A stretch of DNA of 64,000 nucleotides from Spirochaetia bacterium. GTDB taxonomy: Bacteria > Spirochaetota > Spirochaetia > CAKZLE01. Shown piece by piece: positions 46,491 through 55,351 of this stretch. Within the stretch, counting starts at the first letter, position 1. Each line of letters begins with the position of its first letter. The stretch lies in NCBI GenBank assembly GCA_963677595.1, contig OY782041.1:160001-224000 (forward strand). The letters run 5' to 3'. Made by a program: the position numbers and the translations under genes. The notes under the pieces are model-generated. The model was not told the origin of the DNA and ran no database searches. It worked only from the letters and a program-made list of their open reading frames with translations.

Positions 46491-46610
46491 AAAAAAAAAC
46501 TCATTCCCCGAGGATTGAGGTGAAGCAATACTCAATCATAGCCGGTATTATGTCTCTATGAGGGGCAATCCCCTCACTAACAGCCGCCTGCGGGGATACC
46601 TGATTGAATT
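46491..46610 (-). ncRNA. Candidate orphan small structured RNA (three-way junction ending in U9)
   Basis: Stems TCCCCG(C)AGG/CCTCGGGGA, TGAGGGG/CCCCTCA, ATTGAG/CTCAAT; ATGAAA-N17-TAAAAT upstream; T9 tail. Confidence 0.5.
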
Positions 46611-46696
46611 AGTGTATTTTACCGCCTAAACTATTTTGTTTCATCTCAATACTATGATATAGTTTAGCTTGTAGTTTATAAAGAGGATTACCATAT

Positions 46697-47821
46697 ATGT
46701 CACAGGATGATGCAACGAGAAACACGGAATCTATGAGTCAACAGGATATCGAAGAGATCACTACCCTCTCCAAGCGGGGCTACCAGCTGTTGAAGGAAAA
46801 TATGGTGAGTGGCGCTGAAGAGTACTTCACGACCATCCTCGATAAGTATCCCAACAACAACTATGCATTAGTGGGTCTCGGTGACGTCGAACGGAAGAGG
46901 CGCAAGTACCGGAAAGCGATAAGCTACTACCAGGCCTGTCTCGAGAGCTATCCGAACAACAACTATGCACTCTTCGGGATGGCTGACTGCTACAAGGCCA
47001 TGAACCGTCTCGGCTCAGCAGTCGAGGCCTGGCTGAAATACCTCGAGAACGACCCGGGCAATGTGACAGTCCTCTCACGGGTCGCTGATGCCTACCGTAG
47101 GATGAAGAACTTCCCGAAATCGAAGCAGACGTATCTTCAGGTGCTTGATCTCCAGCCGGAGAACAGCTATGCCCTCATCGGCCTCGGCTACCTCCATTTC
47201 GATTTCAACGAGTTCGAGCTGGCCCTGAAGTACTGGGAGATGATGTACGAGATCGACCCGCAGGGCGTCGATATTCGGGTACTCACCTCGATCGGGAACT
47301 GCCATAGGAAGCTCAAGACCTATGAGAGCGGCCTGGTCTATTTCAAGAAGGCCCTCGACATGGACCGAAGGAACTTCTTCGCCCTCTTCGGCATCGCTGA
47401 CTGCTACCGCGGGATGCTGGAATATGAGAGCTCACTGATCTACTGGCTGAGGATCCTCGAGAAGGACCCGAAGAACAAGATCATCCTGACGAGGACCGGT
47501 GATGCCTACCGGGTCCTCGGCGATTACGACAATGCCGAGAAGTACTACCGCAAAGCTCTCAGCATAAACTTTGACACCTTTGCCATCCTTGGCCTTGCCC
47601 TCCTCAACAAGGAGCACGGGAAGTACGAGGAGGCGATCGAGCAGATCGAGAAGCTTCGCAGGAACGAGCCGAAGAACCACCGGTTCTATATCGAGCTCAG
47701 CAAGTGCTATACCGAGATGGGAAGGCATGATGATGCGGTGAAGATCCTGAAGAAGTATCAGGACCTCGGGATCTACAATATCTACATCTCGACCATGATA
47801 GACAAACTGCAAGAGAGTTAA
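46697..47821 (+). CDS. Tetratricopeptide-repeat protein
   Basis: Repeated ~34-aa units (PNNNYALVGLGD, PNNNYALFGMAD, PENSYALIGLGY). Confidence 0.92.
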   Translation: MSQDDATRNTESMSQQDIEEITTLSKRGYQLLKENMVSGAEEYFTTILDKYPNNNYALVGLGDVERKRRKYRKAISYYQACLESYPNNNYALFGMADCYKAMNRLGSAVEAWLKYLENDPGNVTVLSRVADAYRRMKNFPKSKQTYLQVLDLQPENSYALIGLGYLHFDFNEFELALKYWEMMYEIDPQGVDIRVLTSIGNCHRKLKTYESGLVYFKKALDMDRRNFFALFGIADCYRGMLEYESSLIYWLRILEKDPKNKIILTRTGDAYRVLGDYDNAEKYYRKALSINFDTFAILGLALLNKEHGKYEEAIEQIEKLRRNEPKNHRFYIELSKCYTEMGRHDDAVKILKKYQDLGIYNIYISTMIDKLQES

Positions 47822-47831
47822 CCAATTGGAC

Positions 47832-48854
47832 ATGACAGAAACACAACGATCACTATACGGACTCTCCCCAAAGGAGATCGCCGCATTGCTGCCCGACGAG
47901 AAACCGTTCCGGGGAGAGCAGATCTTCAGCTGGGTCCAGAAGGGTGCTGAATCCTTCGACGAGATGGCCAACATCCCGAAGCGGATCCGGCAGCAGCTGA
48001 CCGAGGCAGGATGGGGTCTCCTCACCTCCTGGATCATCGAAGAACGCATGGACCCTGACGGGACAGCGAAGCTTGGGATCAAGCTCACTGATGGTGCGGT
48101 GATCGAATGCGTCCTGCTCACCGATGACAAGGGCAGGAAGACCGCATGCCTCTCATCCCAGGTGGGCTGTGCCATGGGCTGCGCCTTCTGCCGGACCGGT
48201 ACTATGGGACTGACGAGGAACCTGAAAGCGGCAGAGATCGTCGAGCAGTTCCACCTGCTGCAGAAGCGATTCGGCGAGATCTCGCACATCGTCTATATGG
48301 GCATGGGGGAACCGCTTGCCAACATCAAGGCGGTACGGAAGTCGATCGAGATCCTCAACCATCCCAAGGGGGTGAACGTAGGCCTGCGGAAGATCACGAT
48401 CTCGACCTGCGGACTGGTTGAGGGGATCAGGGAACTCGCAGAGCAGGGTCCTCATGTGAAACTGGCGATCTCACTGGTCGCAGCCGATAACGAACTCCGA
48501 AGCTCCATCATGCCGATCAACAATGCCTACCCCCTCGAGGAGTTGAAGCAGGCGATCAAGGCCTACCAGGATAAGACCGGGCGGCGCATCACCCTCGAGT
48601 ACGTACTGCTCGGCGGGGTGAATGACTCTAGACGGGATGCGAACAGGCTCTCGGATTATATCAGGGGACTCCATGCGGTCATCAACCTCATCCCCTGGAA
48701 CCCCGGCGCCGAACTCGACTTCGAAGCCCCTGACGAACAGGCGGTCCGGAGGTTCACCGAGTACCTGACCCAGAACGGGGTCCAGGTGACCAGGCGCTAC
48801 CGCCGCGGGCGTGGTGTCAACGGGGCCTGCGGGCAGCTTGCTGTCAAGCAGTAG
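47832..48854 (+). CDS. rlmN: 23S rRNA/tRNA C2-methyltransferase RlmN
   Basis: CLSSQVGCAMGCAFC, MGMGEP, ITLEY, NLIPWN, GACGQL. Confidence 0.95.
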   Translation: MTETQRSLYGLSPKEIAALLPDEKPFRGEQIFSWVQKGAESFDEMANIPKRIRQQLTEAGWGLLTSWIIEERMDPDGTAKLGIKLTDGAVIECVLLTDDKGRKTACLSSQVGCAMGCAFCRTGTMGLTRNLKAAEIVEQFHLLQKRFGEISHIVYMGMGEPLANIKAVRKSIEILNHPKGVNVGLRKITISTCGLVEGIRELAEQGPHVKLAISLVAADNELRSSIMPINNAYPLEELKQAIKAYQDKTGRRITLEYVLLGGVNDSRRDANRLSDYIRGLHAVINLIPWNPGAELDFEAPDEQAVRRFTEYLTQNGVQVTRRYRRGRGVNGACGQLAVKQ

Positions 48855-48856
48855 CT

Positions 48857-49927
48857 TCAGAGGATATAGACCGATCGTTCATTGAAGGTGAAGCGGATCT
48901 CATCCCCCTCGGCGAAGACTGTCTTCGCCACCGGGTTGAAATCTGTGGCCATGATCGTGATTCCCTCGAAATCAAGCTCGTAATCCTGGTTATCACCCAT
49001 GTAGATGCTTTTCGAGACCCTTGCCGGGAACGGTCCTTCACCGATGATGACCGATTCAGGGCGCACCACGATCCGGACTGAGTCCCCGGAGTTATAGGAT
49101 ACCGACTGGTTGACTGAGAACTCGGATCCATATAGCGAGAGCCTGGTAGCGGTATCCTCAGCCTCAACGATCTTCGCATCCAAGATATTGGCTTTCCCGA
49201 TGAAGTTCGCCACGAACTCATTCTTCGGTTTCTGATAGACCTCCTGGGGAGTCCCCACCTGCTGGATAACACCGAGATTCATGATCACCACTTTATCGCT
49301 GACAGCCATGGCTTCCGACTGGTCATGTGTGACATAGACCGTCGTGATGCCAACCTCTTTTTGGATCTTACGGATCTCATCCCTCATGTGAACTCTCAGC
49401 TTCGCATCGAGGTTGGAAAGCGGCTCATCGAAGAGCAGCACCCCGGGGTGCATGACGAGCGCCCTGACGAGGGCGACCCGCTGCTGCTGTCCTCCAGACA
49501 TCTGGGATGGGACCCTCGTCGAGAAGTCATCCATCTGCACGAGCTTCAGGGCATCCTCTACCCGCTCACGGATCTCGGCAGACGGCAGCTTCTTGAGCTT
49601 GAGGCCATACCCGATATTATTGAAGACATTCAGGTGCGGAAACAGGGCATAGTTCTGGAAGACCATGCCGAGGTCGCGCTTGTCAGGGGTAAGAGAGGAG
49701 ACATCCTCATCCCCGATGATGATCGCCCCTTCAGTAGGCGGCTCGAACCCAGCGATCATCCTCAGGATGGTGGTCTTCCCGCAGCCGGACGGCCCGAGCA
49801 GGGTGACGAACTCTCCCGGCTCAATATCGAGATCGATATGCTGGACTGCCCGGACCTCCCCTCGAGTCATGGTGACGAACGTCTTTGTGAGATTCTCCAA
49901 ACAGACCCGTTTTGCAGTAGTATCCAT
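48857..49927 (-). CDS. ABC ATP-binding protein (AfuC/FbpC type)
   Basis: GPSGCGKTT, VFQNYALFPH, MSGGQQQR, DEPLSNLD. Confidence 0.93.
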   Translation of the reverse strand: MDTTAKRVCLENLTKTFVTMTRGEVRAVQHIDLDIEPGEFVTLLGPSGCGKTTILRMIAGFEPPTEGAIIIGDEDVSSLTPDKRDLGMVFQNYALFPHLNVFNNIGYGLKLKKLPSAEIRERVEDALKLVQMDDFSTRVPSQMSGGQQQRVALVRALVMHPGVLLFDEPLSNLDAKLRVHMRDEIRKIQKEVGITTVYVTHDQSEAMAVSDKVVIMNLGVIQQVGTPQEVYQKPKNEFVANFIGKANILDAKIVEAEDTATRLSLYGSEFSVNQSVSYNSGDSVRIVVRPESVIIGEGPFPARVSKSIYMGDNQDYELDFEGITIMATDFNPVAKTVFAEGDEIRFTFNERSVYIL

Positions 49928-51630
49928 CAGTATGCCTCCCCGAAATCAATATCCATTCTCTTGAGCACCAGCCTCATGAGCAGCATGACAACTCCCACGA
50001 TGAGTATCAGCACGGTGCAATATGCGTTCGCAGCCCCGTAGAGCCCCTGATCGACCTGTCCCATGATCGCGGTCGTGAGCATCTGCCATTTCGCCGAGAT
50101 CAGGAAGATGATCGTGCTCACCAGCGTCATGCCCCGAATGAAGGCATAGACCATGCTCGAGAAGAAGACCGGCCTGATCAGCGGCAGGGTGACCGAAGTG
50201 AACACCTTCCGTGACCCCGCCCCGCAGACATTGGCAGCCTCTTCTATCGAGGGGTCTATCTGCTTGAGGGCCGCTATGGCAGACCGGGTCCCGACGGGGA
50301 AACTCCTGATCACCAGGGCGACGACCAGGATGATCGCCGTACCGGTCAGGATCACAGGGGGCTTGTTATAGGAGAGCACATATCCGAGCCCGATGACCGT
50401 GCCAGGCAGGGCGATAGCCATCAAGATCGAGGACTCCATGGCCCCCTTCCCCAGGAAGTTCTTCCTGACGATCAGGAAGGCTGCCACGATGCCGAGTATC
50501 CCGGCGATCGGTGTTGCGATGATCGCCAGGGTGGTCGAATCGATGATGTACTTGAGCCCTATAGTGAAGACATACTTGATCCATCGAAGGGAGAAGGAGA
50601 AGTCAGCTCCCCAGAGCTTCACGAAGGCACCGTAGGGTACCAGGGCATACATCGCCACGACGACCACCGAGATCGTCATGCATGCCGCATAGACCGGTCT
50701 CGTGACCCGCTTCGAGTCGATGAGGATCCTCTCCTTCGCCGCCTTTCCGGTAACTGTCACATAGGACTTCTTCCCGATGACGCCCTTTTGCAGGAAGAAG
50801 GCAAGCATGGAGATCATGAGCAGGACGACTGCCAACGCTGTCGCGCCGGAGAGGTCGTAACTCCCGATCCCCTGCTGGTAGATCTGCACCGCCATGGTGG
50901 TGTAGTTCCCGCCGATGACGATCGCATTGCCGAAGTCAGCGAGGGACTGGATGAAGATCAGCAGCGCGGCGTTCGCCAGCCCGGGAACCATGAGGGGGAG
51001 CGTGACCGTCAGGAACACTCTTACCCTGGATGCCCCTAACACCTGGGAAGCCTCCTCGATCGAGGGATCGATGTTCTGCAGCAGGTTCGTCAGCATGAGG
51101 TATCCGACAGGGAAGAAGGAGAGCGTCTGCGTCAGCAGCAGTCCCCAGAAACCGTAGATGTCGGACCTGATGCCAAGCAGGCTGCGGGTAACCAGGCCGC
51201 TCCTGCCGAAGAGGAGGATGGCGGAAAGTGAGATCACGAAGGGTGGAGAGATCATCGGGAGGATGGACAGGACCCTGAAGAATCCCTTGTGCGGTATCTT
51301 CAGGTAGGTGGTCGCATAGGCGAAGAGGAACGCGATGAGTGTTCCCGCTATGCTCACGGCGAGCCCGAGCTTGAGTGTCCTGAGGATGATGTCGATATTG
51401 TACGTCAGCCGCACGATATCGACATAGTTCTTGAAGGAGAAGCCCCCATCATAGAGCAGGCTCTCCTTGAGGATCGTGACCAGGGGTATGATGATGAACA
51501 TGATGACAACGATCATCACCGTGATGATCGAGACGAAGAGCACAGGGTCGCGGAAGGCGAAGAGCATCTGCCGCACCTGTTCCCTGAATCTCAATCCCCG
51601 TAACCGTCTCCCTTTTGTCTTACTGCTCAT
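49927..51630 (-). CDS. ABC permease with duplicated domains (AfuB/FbpB type)
   Basis: Two EAA loops (IEEASQVLGA, IEEAANVCGA); PMISPPF, LADFGN. Confidence 0.92.
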   Translation of the reverse strand: MSSKTKGRRLRGLRFREQVRQMLFAFRDPVLFVSIITVMIVVIMFIIIPLVTILKESLLYDGGFSFKNYVDIVRLTYNIDIILRTLKLGLAVSIAGTLIAFLFAYATTYLKIPHKGFFRVLSILPMISPPFVISLSAILLFGRSGLVTRSLLGIRSDIYGFWGLLLTQTLSFFPVGYLMLTNLLQNIDPSIEEASQVLGASRVRVFLTVTLPLMVPGLANAALLIFIQSLADFGNAIVIGGNYTTMAVQIYQQGIGSYDLSGATALAVVLLMISMLAFFLQKGVIGKKSYVTVTGKAAKERILIDSKRVTRPVYAACMTISVVVVAMYALVPYGAFVKLWGADFSFSLRWIKYVFTIGLKYIIDSTTLAIIATPIAGILGIVAAFLIVRKNFLGKGAMESSILMAIALPGTVIGLGYVLSYNKPPVILTGTAIILVVALVIRSFPVGTRSAIAALKQIDPSIEEAANVCGAGSRKVFTSVTLPLIRPVFFSSMVYAFIRGMTLVSTIIFLISAKWQMLTTAIMGQVDQGLYGAANAYCTVLILIVGVVMLLMRLVLKRMDIDFGEAY

Positions 51631-51655
51631 CCGCACCTCCTCATGATGTGTTCAA

Positions 51656-51690
51656 TGACAGTCGGGCGGCATCCAGCCGCCCAATTGTCA
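51656..51690 (-). terminator. Stem-loop after the binding-protein gene
   Basis: GGGCGGC-atcca-GCCGCCC with flanking TGACA/TGTCA. Confidence 0.5.
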
Positions 51691-51704
51691 CATTCAGCTG
51701 CCTT

Positions 51705-52736
51705 CTACTGGGTAGGAGGTGTTGTCTTGGTCAGCATGTTGAATTTCTCGAGGAACTCCGACCGGTGGTTCCCGGCCCATACATCATCCTGGTCGATGAG
51801 TACTGTATCCTTGAGCTGAAGGACCTCTTTGGGTGGATCCGCATTCGGGTTGGTGAGGAACTGCAGGGCGTTGACCGTCTGCCCGAGTTCCTGGGCTTCT
51901 GGGGTAAGGCACCAGTCGATGAACTGCTTGGCTGCATCCAGCTCCGGTGCCCCCTTGATGATGGCGACGGCGCCGATCTCATACCCGGTCCCCTCCTTAG
52001 GGGTCGTGAAGGTGATGTGGTCATATCCTTCTCTCTTGAACGCGATCGCATCGTGCATATACCCGATCGAGATCCCGCATTCATGGAGCTGGATCATCCT
52101 TCCACCGCCGGAACCTGACTTCGTGTACTGACGTACATTCTCGTTGAGTTTCTGGAGGTAGTCCCATCCTGCTTCCTCACCCTTGAGCTGCAGCATCGTC
52201 ACGAGGACGTTGTACGCGGTACTTGAGGAGCCCGGATGTGCGAAGACGATCTCACCCTTGTAGATCGGCTTCAGGAGGTCATCCCAGGTCTGGGGCATTG
52301 GGGCACCGACCTCGTCGAGCCACTCCTGGTCTGCCTCGAAGCCGAGGTACCCGCTATAGATACCGGTCCAGGCTCCGTTCGGGTCCTTGAAGTTGTCTGA
52401 GATCACGGCAGCAGTCGGGGATGTGTAGTGCTCGAGCAGCCCGAGCTTATCAGCCTCGATGAAGGTAAGGGACCCGCCACCGTACCATACGCTGGCCTGG
52501 GGGTTGTCCTTCTCAGCCTTGATCCTGGCAAGGATCTCGCCTCCACTCATCCTGACGAAGTTCGTCTCTATACCGGTAGCCTTCTCGAACTCCTGGGCTG
52601 CAAGTGCTGCATGCTCCTCGAGCATACCGGCATAGATGGTAAGAGTCTGCTTCTCCTCACCCTGACCGGCGGCGAACACGCTCATACCGGTGCAGAGAAG
52701 GGAAACGATCAGTAACAGAACTATACCTTTTTTCAT
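51705..52736 (-). CDS. AfuA-like sugar-phosphate-binding protein
   Basis: AEKDNPQASVWYGG, PGSSSTAY, QYTKSG, YMHD, EGTGYE. Confidence 0.85.
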   Translation of the reverse strand: MKKGIVLLLIVSLLCTGMSVFAAGQGEEKQTLTIYAGMLEEHAALAAQEFEKATGIETNFVRMSGGEILARIKAEKDNPQASVWYGGGSLTFIEADKLGLLEHYTSPTAAVISDNFKDPNGAWTGIYSGYLGFEADQEWLDEVGAPMPQTWDDLLKPIYKGEIVFAHPGSSSTAYNVLVTMLQLKGEEAGWDYLQKLNENVRQYTKSGSGGGRMIQLHECGISIGYMHDAIAFKREGYDHITFTTPKEGTGYEIGAVAIIKGAPELDAAKQFIDWCLTPEAQELGQTVNALQFLTNPNADPPKEVLQLKDTVLIDQDDVWAGNHRSEFLEKFNMLTKTTPPTQ

Positions 52737-52774
52737 AATGTTTCCTCCTTTATGAAAAAGACATGTGTATATGA

Positions 52775-53626
52775 TCAGGCCCTGCCTTCAGAGCCTACCA
52801 TCGCCATCATCTCCTTGACTGCATCCTTCATCTTCGCAGTGGTCCTGCTCAAGATGGCCATCCAGTCAAGCTGGTCAGGTTCCTCGGAGAGGGTCACCTT
52901 CAGCTGGTCGATACCCGCCTTCCTGACTACCGTACTGAAATTGATCTTCGCGACCCCTCGCCCTATCGCGTCCACGACCTGAGACTGGGGGACCCCGGAC
53001 CCGCCGTGAAGGACGATCGGGACCTTCGTGCGGGCGGCGATCTCATCGAGCCGCTCCATATCGAGCTTGGGTTCTGACCGGTAGATGCCGTGAGCCGTCC
53101 CGATAGAGGCTGCAAAACAGTCGACACCCGATCGCTTGACGAACTCCTCGCATTGGAGGGGGTCAGACAGCGCGTTCTCACCGCCGGCACCCTCGACATC
53201 ATCGGTACCGCCGATCAGGCCTATCTCCCCTTCCACCGATACCCCTACCGCATGGGCTGCCTGAACGACATCTGCGGTGATCCTGATGTTCTCCTCGAAC
53301 GGCAGTCTCGAGCCGTCGAACATGACGGAACTGAACCCGTAGCGAATACATCGCATGGCCGTCCGGTAACTTGGTCCATGGTCCAGGTGGATGGCGATGG
53401 GGATCGTCATGTCAGCGGAGATCCTCTTCACTATGTCCGTGAAGACGAATCCGTCCATATAGTCGACCTCGCTCTCAGCCGCCTGGATGATCACGGGAGA
53501 CCGCATCTCCTCGGCAGCTGTGAGGATCGCCTGGATATACTCCAGGTTATTCGTGTTGAAGGCACCCACTGCATATCGGTTCTTCAATGCAGCATCAAGC
53601 AGTTCTTTCATCGGTACAATCGGCAT
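52775..53626 (-). CDS. Class II fructose/tagatose-bisphosphate aldolase
   Basis: AVGAFN, IHLDHG, SSVMFDGS, VEGEIG, GTAHG, VLHGGSG, KIN. Confidence 0.93.
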   Translation of the reverse strand: MPIVPMKELLDAALKNRYAVGAFNTNNLEYIQAILTAAEEMRSPVIIQAAESEVDYMDGFVFTDIVKRISADMTIPIAIHLDHGPSYRTAMRCIRYGFSSVMFDGSRLPFEENIRITADVVQAAHAVGVSVEGEIGLIGGTDDVEGAGGENALSDPLQCEEFVKRSGVDCFAASIGTAHGIYRSEPKLDMERLDEIAARTKVPIVLHGGSGVPQSQVVDAIGRGVAKINFSTVVRKAGIDQLKVTLSEEPDQLDWMAILSRTTAKMKDAVKEMMAMVGSEGRA

Positions 53627-53668
53627 GGCAGACTCCTCATCCTCATAGATTCTTCTCTCGGCTGACTG

Positions 53669-54535
53669 TCAGATACTGTAGATCGACTGGTCGCTCTCAA
53701 TCTTTGCGAGCATCTCCATATGCAGGTCCTTCCTGGTGAAGAAGAGCATATAGAAGAGCAAGTCGAATACGGCATACTCCGTGAGCCGGGTCTGGCTCCC
53801 GCCCCCCTCGAACATCTCATGATGGACGGAGGTGATGATCCGGACATCAGCCCACTTCATGATCGGTGATTTCAGGTAGTTCGACATACAGATGACCGGC
53901 AGCTTCATGCCGCTGACGATCTGCAGCGCCTCATTCACCAGCACCGATTCCCCCGACTGGGAGAATGCGAATGCGATATCCCCCCTCTTCATGTTCTGAG
54001 CCTGGAGCAGGGCCAGTTCGGGCAGCTCCGAGCAGATCGCCCTGATCCCGATCCTGCCGAGCCGGTAGACGAAATCATGGCAGACGGGAAGGGAGTTCCC
54101 CGCGGCGAAGACCTGTACCTGGTCGCAGTCGCTGATGAGCCTGACAGCCCGCTCAAGCTGGTTGACATCGAGGTGTTCATAGGTGTTCCGTATGTTGGTG
54201 ACTGCCAGGGAGAGTGAGCGCTCCATGAGCCCTGTCACGGTGTCTTCAGCCCCGATCGGTGCATCGACACTCTCCGTCTGCGTGGACCGGGCGATCTCGA
54301 TCTTCATCTGGTGGAACCCCTGGTACCCCATCTTCTTCGCGAACCTGATGATCGAAGCCTCACTCACCCCGCAGATATCAGAAAGCTCAGTCACGGTCTT
54401 GTCCGGGATATCATCGATGGAAGTCCTGATGAAATCTGAGAATCTCTGCTCCACGGCAGACATGTCGGCATAAGTCCGCTGGATCTGCAGAAGCAGGTCC
54501 GACCTGTTCAGGATCTTCTCCATCAACCACTCCAT
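53669..54535 (-). CDS. RpiR/MurR-family transcriptional regulator
   Basis: HTH VSEASIIRFAKKMGYQGF plus SIS domain FSQSGES. Confidence 0.93.
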   Translation of the reverse strand: MEWLMEKILNRSDLLLQIQRTYADMSAVEQRFSDFIRTSIDDIPDKTVTELSDICGVSEASIIRFAKKMGYQGFHQMKIEIARSTQTESVDAPIGAEDTVTGLMERSLSLAVTNIRNTYEHLDVNQLERAVRLISDCDQVQVFAAGNSLPVCHDFVYRLGRIGIRAICSELPELALLQAQNMKRGDIAFAFSQSGESVLVNEALQIVSGMKLPVICMSNYLKSPIMKWADVRIITSVHHEMFEGGGSQTRLTEYAVFDLLFYMLFFTRKDLHMEMLAKIESDQSIYSI

Positions 54536-54588
54536 GAAATTTTTATTCTTACTTACTAGATTCTATGAAGGAATTTTTCACTTGTCAA
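54535..54588 (-). promoter_or_regulatory. Promoter of the rpiR operon with candidate RpiR boxes
   Basis: TTGACA-N17-TAGAAT (54588-54560); TGAA-N7-TTCA in the spacer (54566-54580) and a similar box at 54535-54549. Confidence 0.6.
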
Positions 54589-54708
54589 GTTTTCTTAACA
54601 TTTTTTTCAAAAACAGGGATGAGCAGACACCGGACACCAGCCCCCCCCTCTTCTTCGAGAAGAGTATCAGTGAGATCATACTTTTTGGAACTGATAGGAA
54701 CAGGATAC

Positions 54709-55020
54709 TCAGCGGAACTTCACGGCAGTACCATAGACCAGTACCTCGGCAGCACCCTGCATGATGTTGCTCGTGGCATACCGTATATTGACCACGGCAT
54801 CTGCGCCGAGCTCCTCGGCTTCGGTGACCATCCGCTTGGTAGCGATAGCACGGGCCTCGTTGAGCATCTCGGCATAGCCATCGAGCTCACCGCCGACGAT
54901 GGTCTTCAACCCTGCAAGGATATCCTTGCCCAGGTGTTTCGACTGGATGGTGGAGCCTTTCACGATGCTGATGGTCTCCAGGTCCTTCCCTGAAATGTGA
55001 TCAGTATTTACTAAGATCAT
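54709..55020 (-). CDS. YbjQ/UPF0145-family protein
   Basis: GKDILAGLKTIVGGELDGY, ARAIATKRM, GADAVVNIRY, EVLVYGTAV. Confidence 0.92.
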   Translation of the reverse strand: MILVNTDHISGKDLETISIVKGSTIQSKHLGKDILAGLKTIVGGELDGYAEMLNEARAIATKRMVTEAEELGADAVVNIRYATSNIMQGAAEVLVYGTAVKFR

Positions 55021-55222
55021 CCAAGTCCTCCTTCTCGATCTCCCGATACCGCCGGTAGAGCACATACCCCATGGCAATGATCACCGCAAGGAACCCTAAA
55101 GCGATGAGCACCTTGATCCAGACGCTCATCGGTATCTGCATGATCATGGCGAAGTAGAGTATGACAAACGCTGTGAAGATCAGCGCGAATATGATCGGCG
55201 CAACCATCTTCTGCATGTTCAT
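55001..55222 (-). CDS. Small two-TM membrane protein overlapping the ybjQ-like gene
   Basis: GGGAGG RBS; two hydrophobic helices then RYREIEKEDLDDLSKY. Confidence 0.75.
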   Translation of the reverse strand: MNMQKMVAPIIFALIFTAFVILYFAMIMQIPMSVWIKVLIALGFLAVIIAMGYVLYRRYREIEKEDLDDLSKY

Positions 55223-55292
55223 AAACGACCTCCCGGACTTCTGGATACATGTATAGTATAGCGTGAGTAAATCCAGTTTCCTACTGTTTTTA

Positions 55293-55323
55293 CAAAAAAA
55301 GACCGACATTCCTGCCGATCTTC
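55293..55323 (-). terminator. Intrinsic terminator of alaS
   Basis: Minus strand GATCGGCA-ggaa-TGTCGGTC followed by a T run. Confidence 0.7.
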
Positions 55324-55351
55324 TCGTATCTATATGCTGTAGTACGCGCCG

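Noticed and set aside
46540-46597. Purine riboswitch, ZTP riboswitch or twister ribozyme
   Set aside because: Only fragments resemble them (GTCTCTA-stem-ACTA, GCCGCCTG, GCCGGT/TAAC); the required loops, pseudoknots and 5' elements are missing
46697-47821. Internal DNA repeats (AACAACAACTATGCA twice)
   Set aside because: Explained by the TPR protein repeats
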